DNA from: a bacterium
GTDB lineage: Bacteria; SZUA-182; DTGQ01
Reading direction: 5' to 3'
DNA: 64,000 nucleotides
Assembly (NCBI GenBank): GCA_040755755.1
Contig: JBFLZW010000041.1
Location: 2,102-66,101, forward strand
A model generated the notes under the pieces. That model made no database searches and was not told the origin of the DNA. It saw nothing but the letters and a program-made list of their open reading frames with translations. Made by a program: the position numbers and the translations under genes. Shown here one piece after another: positions 47,901 through 56,247 of the stretch (positions within the stretch are counted from its first letter, which is position 1; each line of letters begins with the position of its first letter).

Positions 47901-49291
47901 TCCAGCACACGATGAGTGGAAAGCCCTACCTGCAGATCGAGGTTGACGAGCACAGCGCCGGTGCCGGAATAATCACCCGCTGTGAAGCCTTTGTCGATAG
48001 TCTGCGAAGCCGGCAGCGGCAGCAGGCTGTGGCCGGTGATATGCCTGAAACCGTGATGTGCCGGACGGTCTCTTCAAATTCATGCCGGAAGGATACCTAT
48101 TCTCACCGCAAGCTCTACATTCCCCCCATGGCCGGACATGCCCATGCCCTGTGTGCCGCCTTCAGATCCCAGGGAATAATGGCCGAGGTCATACCGGAGT
48201 CCGACGAGCAGACCCTGCAGTATGGCCGGATGTACACCTCCGGCAAGGAGTGCTTTCCCTGCCTGGTAACAACCGGCGACATGGTAAAAATCACCCGTTC
48301 ATCCCAGTTCGATCCTGAAAAGAGCGCCTTTCTCATGCCTTCCGGCGATGGTCCCTGCCGGTTCGGGCAGTACTATCAGCTGCACCGGCTGGTCCTCGAC
48401 CGCCTGGGTCTTCCCGAAGTGCCAATCTATTCTCCGAGTCAGGGGGAAACTTTTTACCGTGAGCTGGGGATCATGGGGAGAAAGTTTATTCGTCTTGCCT
48501 GGCAGGGGATCGTTATTACCGACTACCTCGAAAAGTGGCTTCTGCAAAACCGGCCCTATGAAAGCTCTCCCGGGGAGGCAGACCGGATTTATAACCAATG
48601 CCTGTCCCTGCTCTGCCAGACTATCGAAACTCAAGGGGCTGCCTTTCCGGTTATCGGGCAGATCCTGCGGATCCTCGGCGAATTTCGCCGGGAGCCGAAA
48701 ACACAGCGGCCAATCATCGGTATTGTGGGCGAGATTTTTGTCAGGTCCAACCGCTTCAGTAACAACGACCTGATCCGCAGAATCGAAGCCCTCGGCGGGG
48801 AGGTCTGGATGCCGCCAATTACCGAGTGGTTCCATTATATCAATTACACCAGCAAGATTCACAGCCTGGTCAATCAGAATCTGAAAAACCTGCTTTCGAC
48901 CATGATCCGGGATATTCTGCAAAAGAAGGACGAGCGCAAAATTCACCGCCTGCTCTGCCCGGCCATTCTCGACGGAAAAGACCCTTCGATCGAGCAGCTC
49001 CTCGATAACAGCCGCCCCTACCTGCATTCCTCCTTCGAGGGTGAGGCCATCCTGAGCATTGGCAAGGCCATAGATTATGCCGCTAAAAACATGGACGGAT
49101 TGATCAATGTCATGCCCTTCACCTGCATGCCGGGAACCATCGCTTCCACGATCATGAAACGAGTGCGGATGGACTACCGCGATTTTCCTTTCCTGAACCT
49201 GGCGTATGACGGCCTCGAGCAAACCTCCATCAAGACCCGGCTGGAGGCATTCCTGTACCAGGCCCGGCAATTCCAGGAAAAGGCGCGGTAA
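44999..49291 (+). CDS. CoA-substrate-specific enzyme activase fusion (two BadF/BadG/BcrA/BcrD-type ATPase domains plus a 2-hydroxyacyl-CoA-dehydratase-like DUF2229 domain)
   Basis: Two ASKHA ATPase repeats are present (LGIDIGSISVDFAL...CAAGTGSFL; LGIDVGSISTNVVV...CAAGTGSFL), followed by a Cys-containing dehydratase-like C-terminal half. The protein is 1430 aa. Confidence 0.85.
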   Translation: MREKSEGRKKILCLGIDIGSISVDFALVNQDREIIRTSYHRVKGQPILKTLEVLEKEFADFLAEDSISLSFTGTGGLILSHLLDTFFINEIIAQMKAVILLHPEARTIIEIGGEDSKLILLDYQQSSQSLVLKDFAMNTMCAAGTGSFLDQQASRLGISIEEEFGELAMKSKNPARIAGRCSVFAKSDMIHLQQEATPDYDIIAGLCMAMARNFRGSIGKGKEFQKPILFQGGVAANKGMVRAFETLFKLAPGELIIPKYYNCMGAIGAALVALETPKFIRGRNVLKTIADYLNQDRYQESHLPPLHAGKPPSSGKRPADAGKPSGAGNGQSGRDAKPIPAFLGIDVGSISTNVVVIDSNKKVLAKRYLMTAGRPIEAVRTGLDEVGRELQDRVRICGVGTTGSGRYLIGDFVGADIIKNEITAQAKAAAAIDRQVDTIFEIGGQDSKYISLDQGAVVDFEMNKVCAAGTGSFLEEQAEKIGINIKEEFGNLALCASAPVRMGERCTVFMESDLVHHQQSGAAKENLVAGLSYSIVHNYLNRVVAGRRVGNRIFFQGGVAANKGVVAAFGQVLQKPVIVPEHHEVTGAIGVALIAQEEQTWTQSKFRGFDLSHRRYEIESFECAGCANHCQIKKVVLDQDRPLFYGSRCDRYDEKKGEKLSAHPLDLFAFRSQELHRQYLTPAGDSSSSSAPRTKIGIPLCLFFHEWLPFWRTFFTALGLEVILSQATNKEIINQGVQAAVDDTCFPIKVAYGHIHNLLRQKVDYLFLPSIINMPTEQNGIHDSFNCPYVQTIPYTAAAAINIEQSGTKLLRPVVYLRRGLKSIRKSLIPLGRSLGKSAADTGKAIDRAYAAQSSFHAALQKKGEEIISTLPEQEKAMVLISRPYNGCDFGLNLEIPRIFREMGFLIIPMDFLPLHQNQIAENWPNMYWRYGQRILSAARFIRTRANLYAIYLTNFSCGPDSFITQFFQHTMSGKPYLQIEVDEHSAGAGIITRCEAFVDSLRSRQRQQAVAGDMPETVMCRTVSSNSCRKDTYSHRKLYIPPMAGHAHALCAAFRSQGIMAEVIPESDEQTLQYGRMYTSGKECFPCLVTTGDMVKITRSSQFDPEKSAFLMPSGDGPCRFGQYYQLHRLVLDRLGLPEVPIYSPSQGETFYRELGIMGRKFIRLAWQGIVITDYLEKWLLQNRPYESSPGEADRIYNQCLSLLCQTIETQGAAFPVIGQILRILGEFRREPKTQRPIIGIVGEIFVRSNRFSNNDLIRRIEALGGEVWMPPITEWFHYINYTSKIHSLVNQNLKNLLSTMIRDILQKKDERKIHRLLCPAILDGKDPSIEQLLDNSRPYLHSSFEGEAILSIGKAIDYAAKNMDGLINVMPFTCMPGTIASTIMKRVRMDYRDFPFLNLAYDGLEQTSIKTRLEAFLYQARQFQEKAR

Positions 49292-49894
49292 TAGGCAACC
49301 GGATTTTTCGGGGGGTGTTGGGTTTACCGTGAAAACATACGGCTTCCCTTAATCGTTCGCCTCCACCACCGACAGAGAAAGTCCTTGTGAAAGCAAAGTG
49401 ATGCAGTATATCCGGTGTGGCGCTTTTGTGCTTGATAGGATTTAAGAATCCATGCCGGTGAAGCATTTGGGCACAGGAGGGGATGAGGGGACAGGCATGA
49501 TAAGAAAAGGGATGAGGCAGATTCCTTCCGACTCACGCAGGCTGAGCTTGGCGCACTCAGGATATGACACCATCTTCACTTCACGAACTTTACCTTAAAA
49601 GCCCCAAGGCAATCTCCAACCTGCGATTTATTTCATCCATTAAATCCTTATCCATTTTTTCTCAGAGACGGAGTATCAACGAGTTATGGAGAACTGTTAA
49701 TTTATGCACTCTCAGCACTGAGCGTTGCTTCAAAACTGCCACGCATCACTATTTGTCGGGCCATTGGATTGGCTCACCATCTTCAGGCGAGTGAATATCC
49801 TCTTGGATCGATCAAGCATTGGATAGGCTGGTATTTGGTCTCCGGGTCTACTTTGGTCCGACCCGGACACCACGGACCCCAACGGCTCAGTATA

Positions 49895-51640
49895 TCACCA
49901 CAGGAACCCACTCAACCCGGTATAGCCGAAGATGCTGCCTGTCCCAAAACCGAAACCATACGCCGGACTGGAGGAGTAACCATACGTGCCGGAGAATTGG
50001 CCATAAGTTATGGGCGAACTGACCACACTCGTGAAGCCGAAGCTGCCCACGGGGCTGTACCAGCCGGAGGACATGCTGCCAAAGCCGCTTCCACCTCCCC
50101 CCCCACTTCCCCCATAGCCGAAGCCAGCCGCTGGACTGTATGCTGCGGGGCTATAGTTATACGCAGCGCCATAGTTGTACGCCGTGCCGCTGTACAGGCG
50201 GGGGGACTGGCTGTATGCAGCAGACTGGCCATAGGAAAAGGATGAGGGGCTGAGCGGACTGGCGGGATTAAAACTGACCACAGGGGTAACGCCACCGCTG
50301 GAGACAAAGCTCCCTGCCGGGCTATAGCCGGAGAATGAACTGCCAAAGCCGCCAGTGATTCCCCCTCCAAACCCAGGAGTATATCCGGACGCAGGAGGAG
50401 TATAGCTGCTTGCCTGTCTGCCGGGTGTTGATTGACCGGCGGTGCTGGATGTATGGGCAGGGTTGGCGGAAGAAGCGGGGTTGTTTCCGGTTGGACTATT
50501 CGAGGCCACAGGACCGGCCGGGGCAACCGATTGACTGACGGCACCGGGAGTAACCTCGAGGGAAAGAGCATAGTCACCGGCTGTGATATCATCTGTCTTT
50601 CTCAGGCAATTGATGTGAACTACATCGTTTTTGATCTCAAACACCAGGCCAGTCTCTGCCTGAGTAACCGAAGGGGCGGCATGATAGTAAGACCATGAGA
50701 TTGCTGACAGATCGGAATTATCTCTTCCATGAGCCTCCTTGAGGCGAAAGATATCGACGTGGTGAATATCGCGCTGGGCATCATACGGAATCCAGCCAAG
50801 TTCAGGATAGTAAACCTCGACCCAGGAATGAGGGCCGGTAAGCCAGCTCGTATAGTAGGTCGAATAGCCGATCGACCAGTCATACATTCTGGCCAGACTG
50901 ATTCCCGAAACGAAGCGGGCGGGGATTCCTCCGGCCCGCAGCAGGGCACAGGCAAGATGAGCAAAATTGGTGCAGACCCCTTTTCTGAGCATCAGGGTAG
51001 AGCGGGCATCAGAAGCTGGATTTGCATCGTACTCGATGTTGTTCAATATCCACTTGACGATATTTTCAACCGCCTGGAATTGATGGGTACAGCCGGCTAC
51101 CAGCTCATCAGCCTTGGCTTTGATCGCCTGATCGGTGGATTGAACCATACCGGTACCTGTGAGATATTGCTGTACATCAAGTGGCAGAGTCCCTTGATTG
51201 ACCGGGAAAGGATCACTGCTCACCAGGGGGTCGAGTATCGCCCTGACAGTTGCCTGCTGGGTTATGGTAATGTCCAGAGCAGTATTCCCGATGCCCTTCC
51301 AGATCAGATCGGTATACGAATTCCCATACTTATCGGTCCCCGGCCGCTGAATGTCCGGCTCTGATGAGAAGGAAAGGGAAAAGGCGCTGTCTTCCTGAAC
51401 ATTCGTGCGGTAGGTATACTGAGCAGGGTGAAAGTAGCGGTAGGAGAATTCGCTGACCGCTCCCGTGATCTGGAAGGTAAGTGTCTGCTCGGTAACGATA
51501 TCCGCTGACATGTTGCCGGTAATATAAAAGTATTCTGCCCTCAAGATGCCTGCCTTCATGAATTGCTGAAAAAAGAGCGAGATACACAGCAAAAAGATCA
51601 ACTTCGATTTGAGCAACAAAATTTTATCTATTTTCTTCAT
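49895..51640 (-). CDS. secreted transglutaminase-like cysteine protease domain protein with a ~230-aa Gly/Ser/Tyr/Ala-rich low-complexity C-terminal tail
   Basis: It has a signal peptide and the transglutaminase core (GVCTNFAHLACALLRAGGIPARFVSG ... HSWVEVY ... D). The tail is made of SGY/FG-type repeats and ends GLSGFLW. Confidence 0.75.
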   Translation of the reverse strand: MKKIDKILLLKSKLIFLLCISLFFQQFMKAGILRAEYFYITGNMSADIVTEQTLTFQITGAVSEFSYRYFHPAQYTYRTNVQEDSAFSLSFSSEPDIQRPGTDKYGNSYTDLIWKGIGNTALDITITQQATVRAILDPLVSSDPFPVNQGTLPLDVQQYLTGTGMVQSTDQAIKAKADELVAGCTHQFQAVENIVKWILNNIEYDANPASDARSTLMLRKGVCTNFAHLACALLRAGGIPARFVSGISLARMYDWSIGYSTYYTSWLTGPHSWVEVYYPELGWIPYDAQRDIHHVDIFRLKEAHGRDNSDLSAISWSYYHAAPSVTQAETGLVFEIKNDVVHINCLRKTDDITAGDYALSLEVTPGAVSQSVAPAGPVASNSPTGNNPASSANPAHTSSTAGQSTPGRQASSYTPPASGYTPGFGGGITGGFGSSFSGYSPAGSFVSSGGVTPVVSFNPASPLSPSSFSYGQSAAYSQSPRLYSGTAYNYGAAYNYSPAAYSPAAGFGYGGSGGGGGSGFGSMSSGWYSPVGSFGFTSVVSSPITYGQFSGTYGYSSSPAYGFGFGTGSIFGYTGLSGFLW

Positions 51641-52000
51641 ACCGTTTCCTCCGTTTGACCAGGCTGAATCCTGCCTGCCGACAGCTTCATCCGGTTTGGC
51701 TTGGGAGCAATTATGGAAAGTAAATGAGAATAGAACTGGATATTAGATAGTATACAAAATTACGTCTGATTTTGAAAGAGAAAGTTTCCAGCAGGATGGA
51801 TGATACCTGCAGGGTTTTTTTCCGATAAGTACGATAGCAAAGTTTTTGAAAAATGATCTCTCTGAATTTAACTCGACCGGACAGGAACTTCCATTCTATC
51901 TCTGGAGAGTTTCAGCACCAGCGCAGGATAACGCCGTGCGCCACTGGCCACTGACCACTTACTACTTACCTTAAACCTGGTACGGAGGATACAACTGACG

Positions 52001-53218
52001 ATGGAGGATAAGAAGGGTGTACTCAGGGAGCTTCCGGTGAATATTTTACACATCCTGGACCATTCTCTCCCGTACGTTACCGGATACAGCCTGAGAAGCC
52101 ATACCATGATAAAACTGCAACGGGATTTGGGGTTCAATCCTCTGATCATCACTTCTTCCCGGCATGCCCTTGTCTCTAATCCCGTGGAGTTGATCGATGG
52201 GATTTATCACTACCGGACCTTTTTTCCGGAAGAAGGGGAAAATTTCGGGAAACACTGCCTTTTGGGGAAAGAAAAGCTCCTGATTTCTCTCCTGAATCGG
52301 GCTGTTTCGAAGATAGCGGCCCAGCAGAGGGTAGATTTGATCCATGCCCATTCTCCCTGTACCAATGGACTGGCCGCTCTGGAAGTCTGCCGGAGAAAGA
52401 GAATACCCCTGCTGTATGAGATTGATGATGTTCAGGACACCTTAACTGCCGGCCGCAAGGAGGAAACTCCGCTGTCGAGCCCTGTTTTGAGGAGAAATCT
52501 GGAAGCTTTTTTATGGCAGCAGGCCGGGGCTGTGGTGGTCAGGGAAGAAAGACAGCGGGAGGAAATCATCCGTTCGGGAATTCCCGGAGAAAATGTTTAC
52601 GTAGTTCCCCGGGAAGATGGCTGCACCAGAGAGACAAATTTGCAGGAGGATAATCAGACAGCAGGTTTCATCTGCTCTCTGTATCATCTGCAAGGGGTCA
52701 GTTCCCTGCTCGGAGTATTTTTGAAAGAAAGAAATTCAACCGGCGGCTCCCTCGCTGTTCCCGGCACGGAAGGAGACAGGAGGAAGAAAAAATCAGGAGT
52801 CAAATCCCAAGGTTCTGATACTTCAGGGCATATTATTTATATCGGTCAGGTCAAGCCCCGGAATTCCCGACGCCTGCATCCGCTCATCAATGTTCTGGTT
52901 TATCCGTGGTTAGCGGCGGGTCCAATCGGGGAGAAAGTTCTTTCTTCAGATCCGATCGATGCCCTGCTTATCGATGGAGGTGCTGCGGCTGGTGAAGCAG
53001 CCGATTTATGGGAGATGAAAGCGGATAAGCAGGCGCAGTCAACTTTAGGGGCTGAAGATATTTCCGAATTAACCGGCAGGTGTCTCAAGCTTCTCATAAA
53101 CAGGCAAATCAGGCACATTTGTGAGGAAAGATGCAGGCAGCAGGCCGGGAAGAATCCCTCCCGGCTTGAAGTAATGGAGCAGTATCTCAAAATTTATAAA
53201 ACGCTGCTCTCTCTCTAG
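52001..53218 (+). CDS. GT4-family glycosyltransferase-like protein (resembles the exosortase-locus-associated subfamily; C-terminal half divergent)
   Basis: The N-terminus ILHILDHSLPYVTGYSLRSHTMIKLQRDLGF...DLIHAHSP is typical of the GT4 N-domain. The C-terminal region is poorly conserved. Confidence 0.5.
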   Translation: MEDKKGVLRELPVNILHILDHSLPYVTGYSLRSHTMIKLQRDLGFNPLIITSSRHALVSNPVELIDGIYHYRTFFPEEGENFGKHCLLGKEKLLISLLNRAVSKIAAQQRVDLIHAHSPCTNGLAALEVCRRKRIPLLYEIDDVQDTLTAGRKEETPLSSPVLRRNLEAFLWQQAGAVVVREERQREEIIRSGIPGENVYVVPREDGCTRETNLQEDNQTAGFICSLYHLQGVSSLLGVFLKERNSTGGSLAVPGTEGDRRKKKSGVKSQGSDTSGHIIYIGQVKPRNSRRLHPLINVLVYPWLAAGPIGEKVLSSDPIDALLIDGGAAAGEAADLWEMKADKQAQSTLGAEDISELTGRCLKLLINRQIRHICEERCRQQAGKNPSRLEVMEQYLKIYKTLLSL

Positions 53219-53356
53219 TTCCCTTCCCGAAGGGGAAATTACCTGGTGAGCATCCATAAAGTTCCGATAAGAACACTGATGGGTTTTCAACTGGCAGAGG
53301 GAACCTTGTGATCTCGATTTGTCATTCTTCCCCGGAATTTCAGCGGAGCGCGAATC

Positions 53357-55294
53357 ATGGGCGGAATTGTCGGAGCTTACGGATATTACAATCAGCAGCC
53401 GGTTCAGGAAGGGTTGATTCGGAAAATGACCAATACCTTAAAGCACCGGGGGCCGGACGAGAGGGGTGAATATCATGACCGGGAGCTTGCCCTGGGACAT
53501 CGGCGGCTGTGCATTATTGATAGGGAAGAAGGACAGCAGCCGCTGTTCAATGAAGACCGTTCAAAAGTGCTGGTCCTCGATGGAGAGATTTATAATTATC
53601 GAGAGCTGCAGCAGTATCTGAGGGGCAGGGGGCATTATTTCCAGACCGACTCCGATGCGGAAGTTGCTCTCCACCTCTATGAGGAAAAAGGAGTACAATT
53701 TCTTGGCGATCTGCAGGGCATGTTCTCCCTGGCACTGTGGGACAAGAAGGCCAGGCAACTGGTGCTGGCCCGCGACCAACTGGGCATCAAGCCGCTGTAT
53801 TACTGTTCTGACGGATACCGGCTGCTGTTTGCCTCCCAGATCAGAGCGCTTTTCCAGGACCGGACTGTGGACCGGGAGCTTAATCCCCGCAGCCTGGCCG
53901 ACTACTTGACTTACCTGTATGTTCCGGCACCCAAAAGCATTTTCCTGGGGATTTATAAAATCCCTCCGGGCTATTATCTGCTCTGTTCTCCGGAAGGGTA
54001 TGTGGTGCGAAAGTACTGGGATCTTGAATTACCTTCCCAGGAAGAGGAGGGGTCGTCTTGGGAGGAGTATCAGCACACCCTGCTCGATCTGCTTTCGGAG
54101 TCGATCAGCAGTCATTTGCCTGCCGGCATGCCGGCAGAGGTGTTCCTGAGTGGAGGGCTCGATTCGGCGACCCTGCTGGCTGTGGGGCATCGGCTGGGGG
54201 CAGACCTGCGGGCTTATACTCTCGGATTTGATGGGTCAGACATGGATGAGCGGCCCTTTTCACGCCTTCTGGCCCATTATTTCGACATTCCATACCGGGA
54301 ATGGGTCGGGAACCCGAAGATGATGCTGAAACGGTTGGACCAGGTGGTCCAGTCATATGATGAACCCCTGGGCGATGCCGCAACTGTTTTGACCTATGAA
54401 ATGGCCCGGCAGGCAGCAGGACAGCATACCAGAGTAGCCCTGTCCGGAGAAGGAGGGGGAATGATCTTTACCCCCTGCTGCCGGTATGGCCTGAACCGGG
54501 AGGATAATTGCATCCAGCGCTTGTGGTCAGACGGCATGGTGAATACTTATTCTCCGGGAGCGGGGAGCTGTTTGGGAGTTGGATGGATAGGTCGATTACT
54601 TCAGAGGCAACCCGGCCAGTCCGGGGCATCTTTGGCCCGTACGTACTTTAACTCCCTGGCCTGTTTTTCGGCCGAAGAGATCCATCGGCTTTTGAGCAGG
54701 GATTTCTTTTCCGAACTTCGCGGGTATGATCCATTTGTTCTGTTCCATGATCTCTACCAGAAGGCAGCCAGTCCCGACCCCTGCTCACGGCTGCACTATG
54801 TGGAGATGAAGAGCTATTTACCGGATAATGTACTGGCCAAAGTCGATCGAGCCGGTATGGCCAATTCCCTGGAAATCCGGCTGCCGCTTCTGAATCACCG
54901 GCTGGTGGAATTTCTCGTCCGGGTGCCGGTCCGGTTCAGGCTGAAGGGAACAGAAGAAAGATATCTTTTAAGAAAAACCCTGGAAGGGATTCTTCCGTCG
55001 GTAATTGTCTGGCGCAGGGAACAGAAAGCCGATCTCCTGTTCCGAAACCTGCTTTTGGATGACAGTTGCCTGACAGAGGAGGATTTGGGGCAGAGCAGTC
55101 ACTGTTCTCTTTTATCTGAAATCCTGAACTTTGACGAAATAACTTCCATCCGTCAGCACCATCGGCGGGGAAACCGGGATTACTCCAGGCAGATGTGGGC
55201 TGTACTTTTTTTGTGCAAATGGTACCGCCAGTACATGTCCAGAACCACCAGCAATGCCCGTGAAGAGGCTGAGCCATCGCTGGTGGTGTGCTAA
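53357..55294 (+). CDS. asparagine synthetase (AsnB)-family amidotransferase lacking the N-terminal nucleophilic Cys (MGGI instead of MCGI)
   Basis: It shows strong AsnB-like sequence (HRGPD, DGEIYN, the PP-loop SGGLDS), but codon 2 is GGC (Gly) rather than Cys. Confidence 0.85.
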   Translation: MGGIVGAYGYYNQQPVQEGLIRKMTNTLKHRGPDERGEYHDRELALGHRRLCIIDREEGQQPLFNEDRSKVLVLDGEIYNYRELQQYLRGRGHYFQTDSDAEVALHLYEEKGVQFLGDLQGMFSLALWDKKARQLVLARDQLGIKPLYYCSDGYRLLFASQIRALFQDRTVDRELNPRSLADYLTYLYVPAPKSIFLGIYKIPPGYYLLCSPEGYVVRKYWDLELPSQEEEGSSWEEYQHTLLDLLSESISSHLPAGMPAEVFLSGGLDSATLLAVGHRLGADLRAYTLGFDGSDMDERPFSRLLAHYFDIPYREWVGNPKMMLKRLDQVVQSYDEPLGDAATVLTYEMARQAAGQHTRVALSGEGGGMIFTPCCRYGLNREDNCIQRLWSDGMVNTYSPGAGSCLGVGWIGRLLQRQPGQSGASLARTYFNSLACFSAEEIHRLLSRDFFSELRGYDPFVLFHDLYQKAASPDPCSRLHYVEMKSYLPDNVLAKVDRAGMANSLEIRLPLLNHRLVEFLVRVPVRFRLKGTEERYLLRKTLEGILPSVIVWRREQKADLLFRNLLLDDSCLTEEDLGQSSHCSLLSEILNFDEITSIRQHHRRGNRDYSRQMWAVLFLCKWYRQYMSRTTSNAREEAEPSLVVC

Positions 55295-55836
55295 GTTGAG
55301 TTTGGCATGCCATTTGCATTAATGAACGTGGTAACGAAATAAATGCCCAGACCGGGGAGCTTCAACATGGCGGTGAATTGTGGGGGATGTTCGAAAACAT
55401 ATTGGAGCCCTTCCGGCCACGACAACTGAAGCGGAAAATCTGATTATTGCGAATTGTGAACGGTAATTTTCTCTGGTGACTGCGAACAAACTACTTGCGG
55501 AGCTTCGACTACACACGACAAATCCTATGACTGCTGGGTGAATGCTGCTGCTCACGAGGTATGGGAACTTTGCTCTCTGATCTGGGCTTTTATTACTGTC
55601 ATGGCACTGTTATGAGTGATTGTTGCCAGAGCCGACAGGAATTCTGCACTCAAATCTTGCTGGGCGGAATCCGGAAAGAGCGTGGCCGGCGTGCCCCTGT
55701 TGTGGACTGGCCTTCCAGAATCTGTATAAATTTTTACCAGGCACGATAGTGAGCTCGTCTCTCAGATCGAGGTATAGTATCTATATGTAATATTTATTCA
55801 TAACTTATACTAATTAATAACTATTTTAGCTTTATT

Positions 55837-55936
55837 TCTCCTGACTTCTGGCTCCTGATTTCTGACTTCCGGTTTCTGACTCCTGACTTCGCTCTCCTGA
55901 CCACGGACCATTGACTTTTGGCTCCTGACTCCGGGC
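55837..55936 (+). repeat. tandem heptamer/14-mer repeat array (CTCCTGA CTTCTGG)n upstream of the wza promoter
   Basis: It consists of 14 consecutive 7-bp units with TGA/TGG at fixed phase (ctcctga cttctgg ctcctga tttctga cttccgg tttctga ctcctga ...). Confidence 0.8.
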
Positions 55937-56006
55937 TTGGATCTCCTTAACTTGTAATTTACTAAATTTTACAATAAGTTTCTTACATAGCTGTCTGAAA
56001 AACTAG

Positions 56007-56035
56007 TTGACAAAGGGGTGGGCATGGTTTAATAT
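56007..56035 (+). promoter_or_regulatory. putative sigma-70 promoter (TTGACA-17 bp-TAATAT) about 210 bp upstream of wza
   Basis: It has a perfect -35 hexamer, a 17-bp spacer and an AT-rich -10 hexamer. Confidence 0.5.
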
Positions 56036-56247
56036 ACGTTCCGAAAAGCTGGCAAGAAATTATTACAATTAATTCAACTTCTACACTATAGTATGTCAAT
56101 TATCAAATGAGCTTCCTCGGGTGACAATTATCAACTAATTTTACTCACTTTTTTCTCGCTGTACAGAGTTTCGCGGATATTTTTGCCTGGAGGAGAGATT
56201 TCCCCGGTCACGAGTGCCCAATACGATAACTCCAATACGGGAAGGGG

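Noticed and set aside
49769-50592. Overlapping plus- and minus-strand ORFs (158 aa, 194 aa) in the Gly/Ser/Tyr-rich tail region
   Set aside because: They are out-of-frame or antisense readings of the compositionally biased transglutaminase tail and are not independent genes.
55837-55936. Considered whether the periodic repeat array upstream of wza is a CRISPR array
   Set aside because: The units are 7-14 bp with no unique spacers of 25-40 bp, there is no leader plus cas genes, and the same heptamer recurs inverted at 57432..57503. It is a simple tandem heptamer array, not CRISPR.
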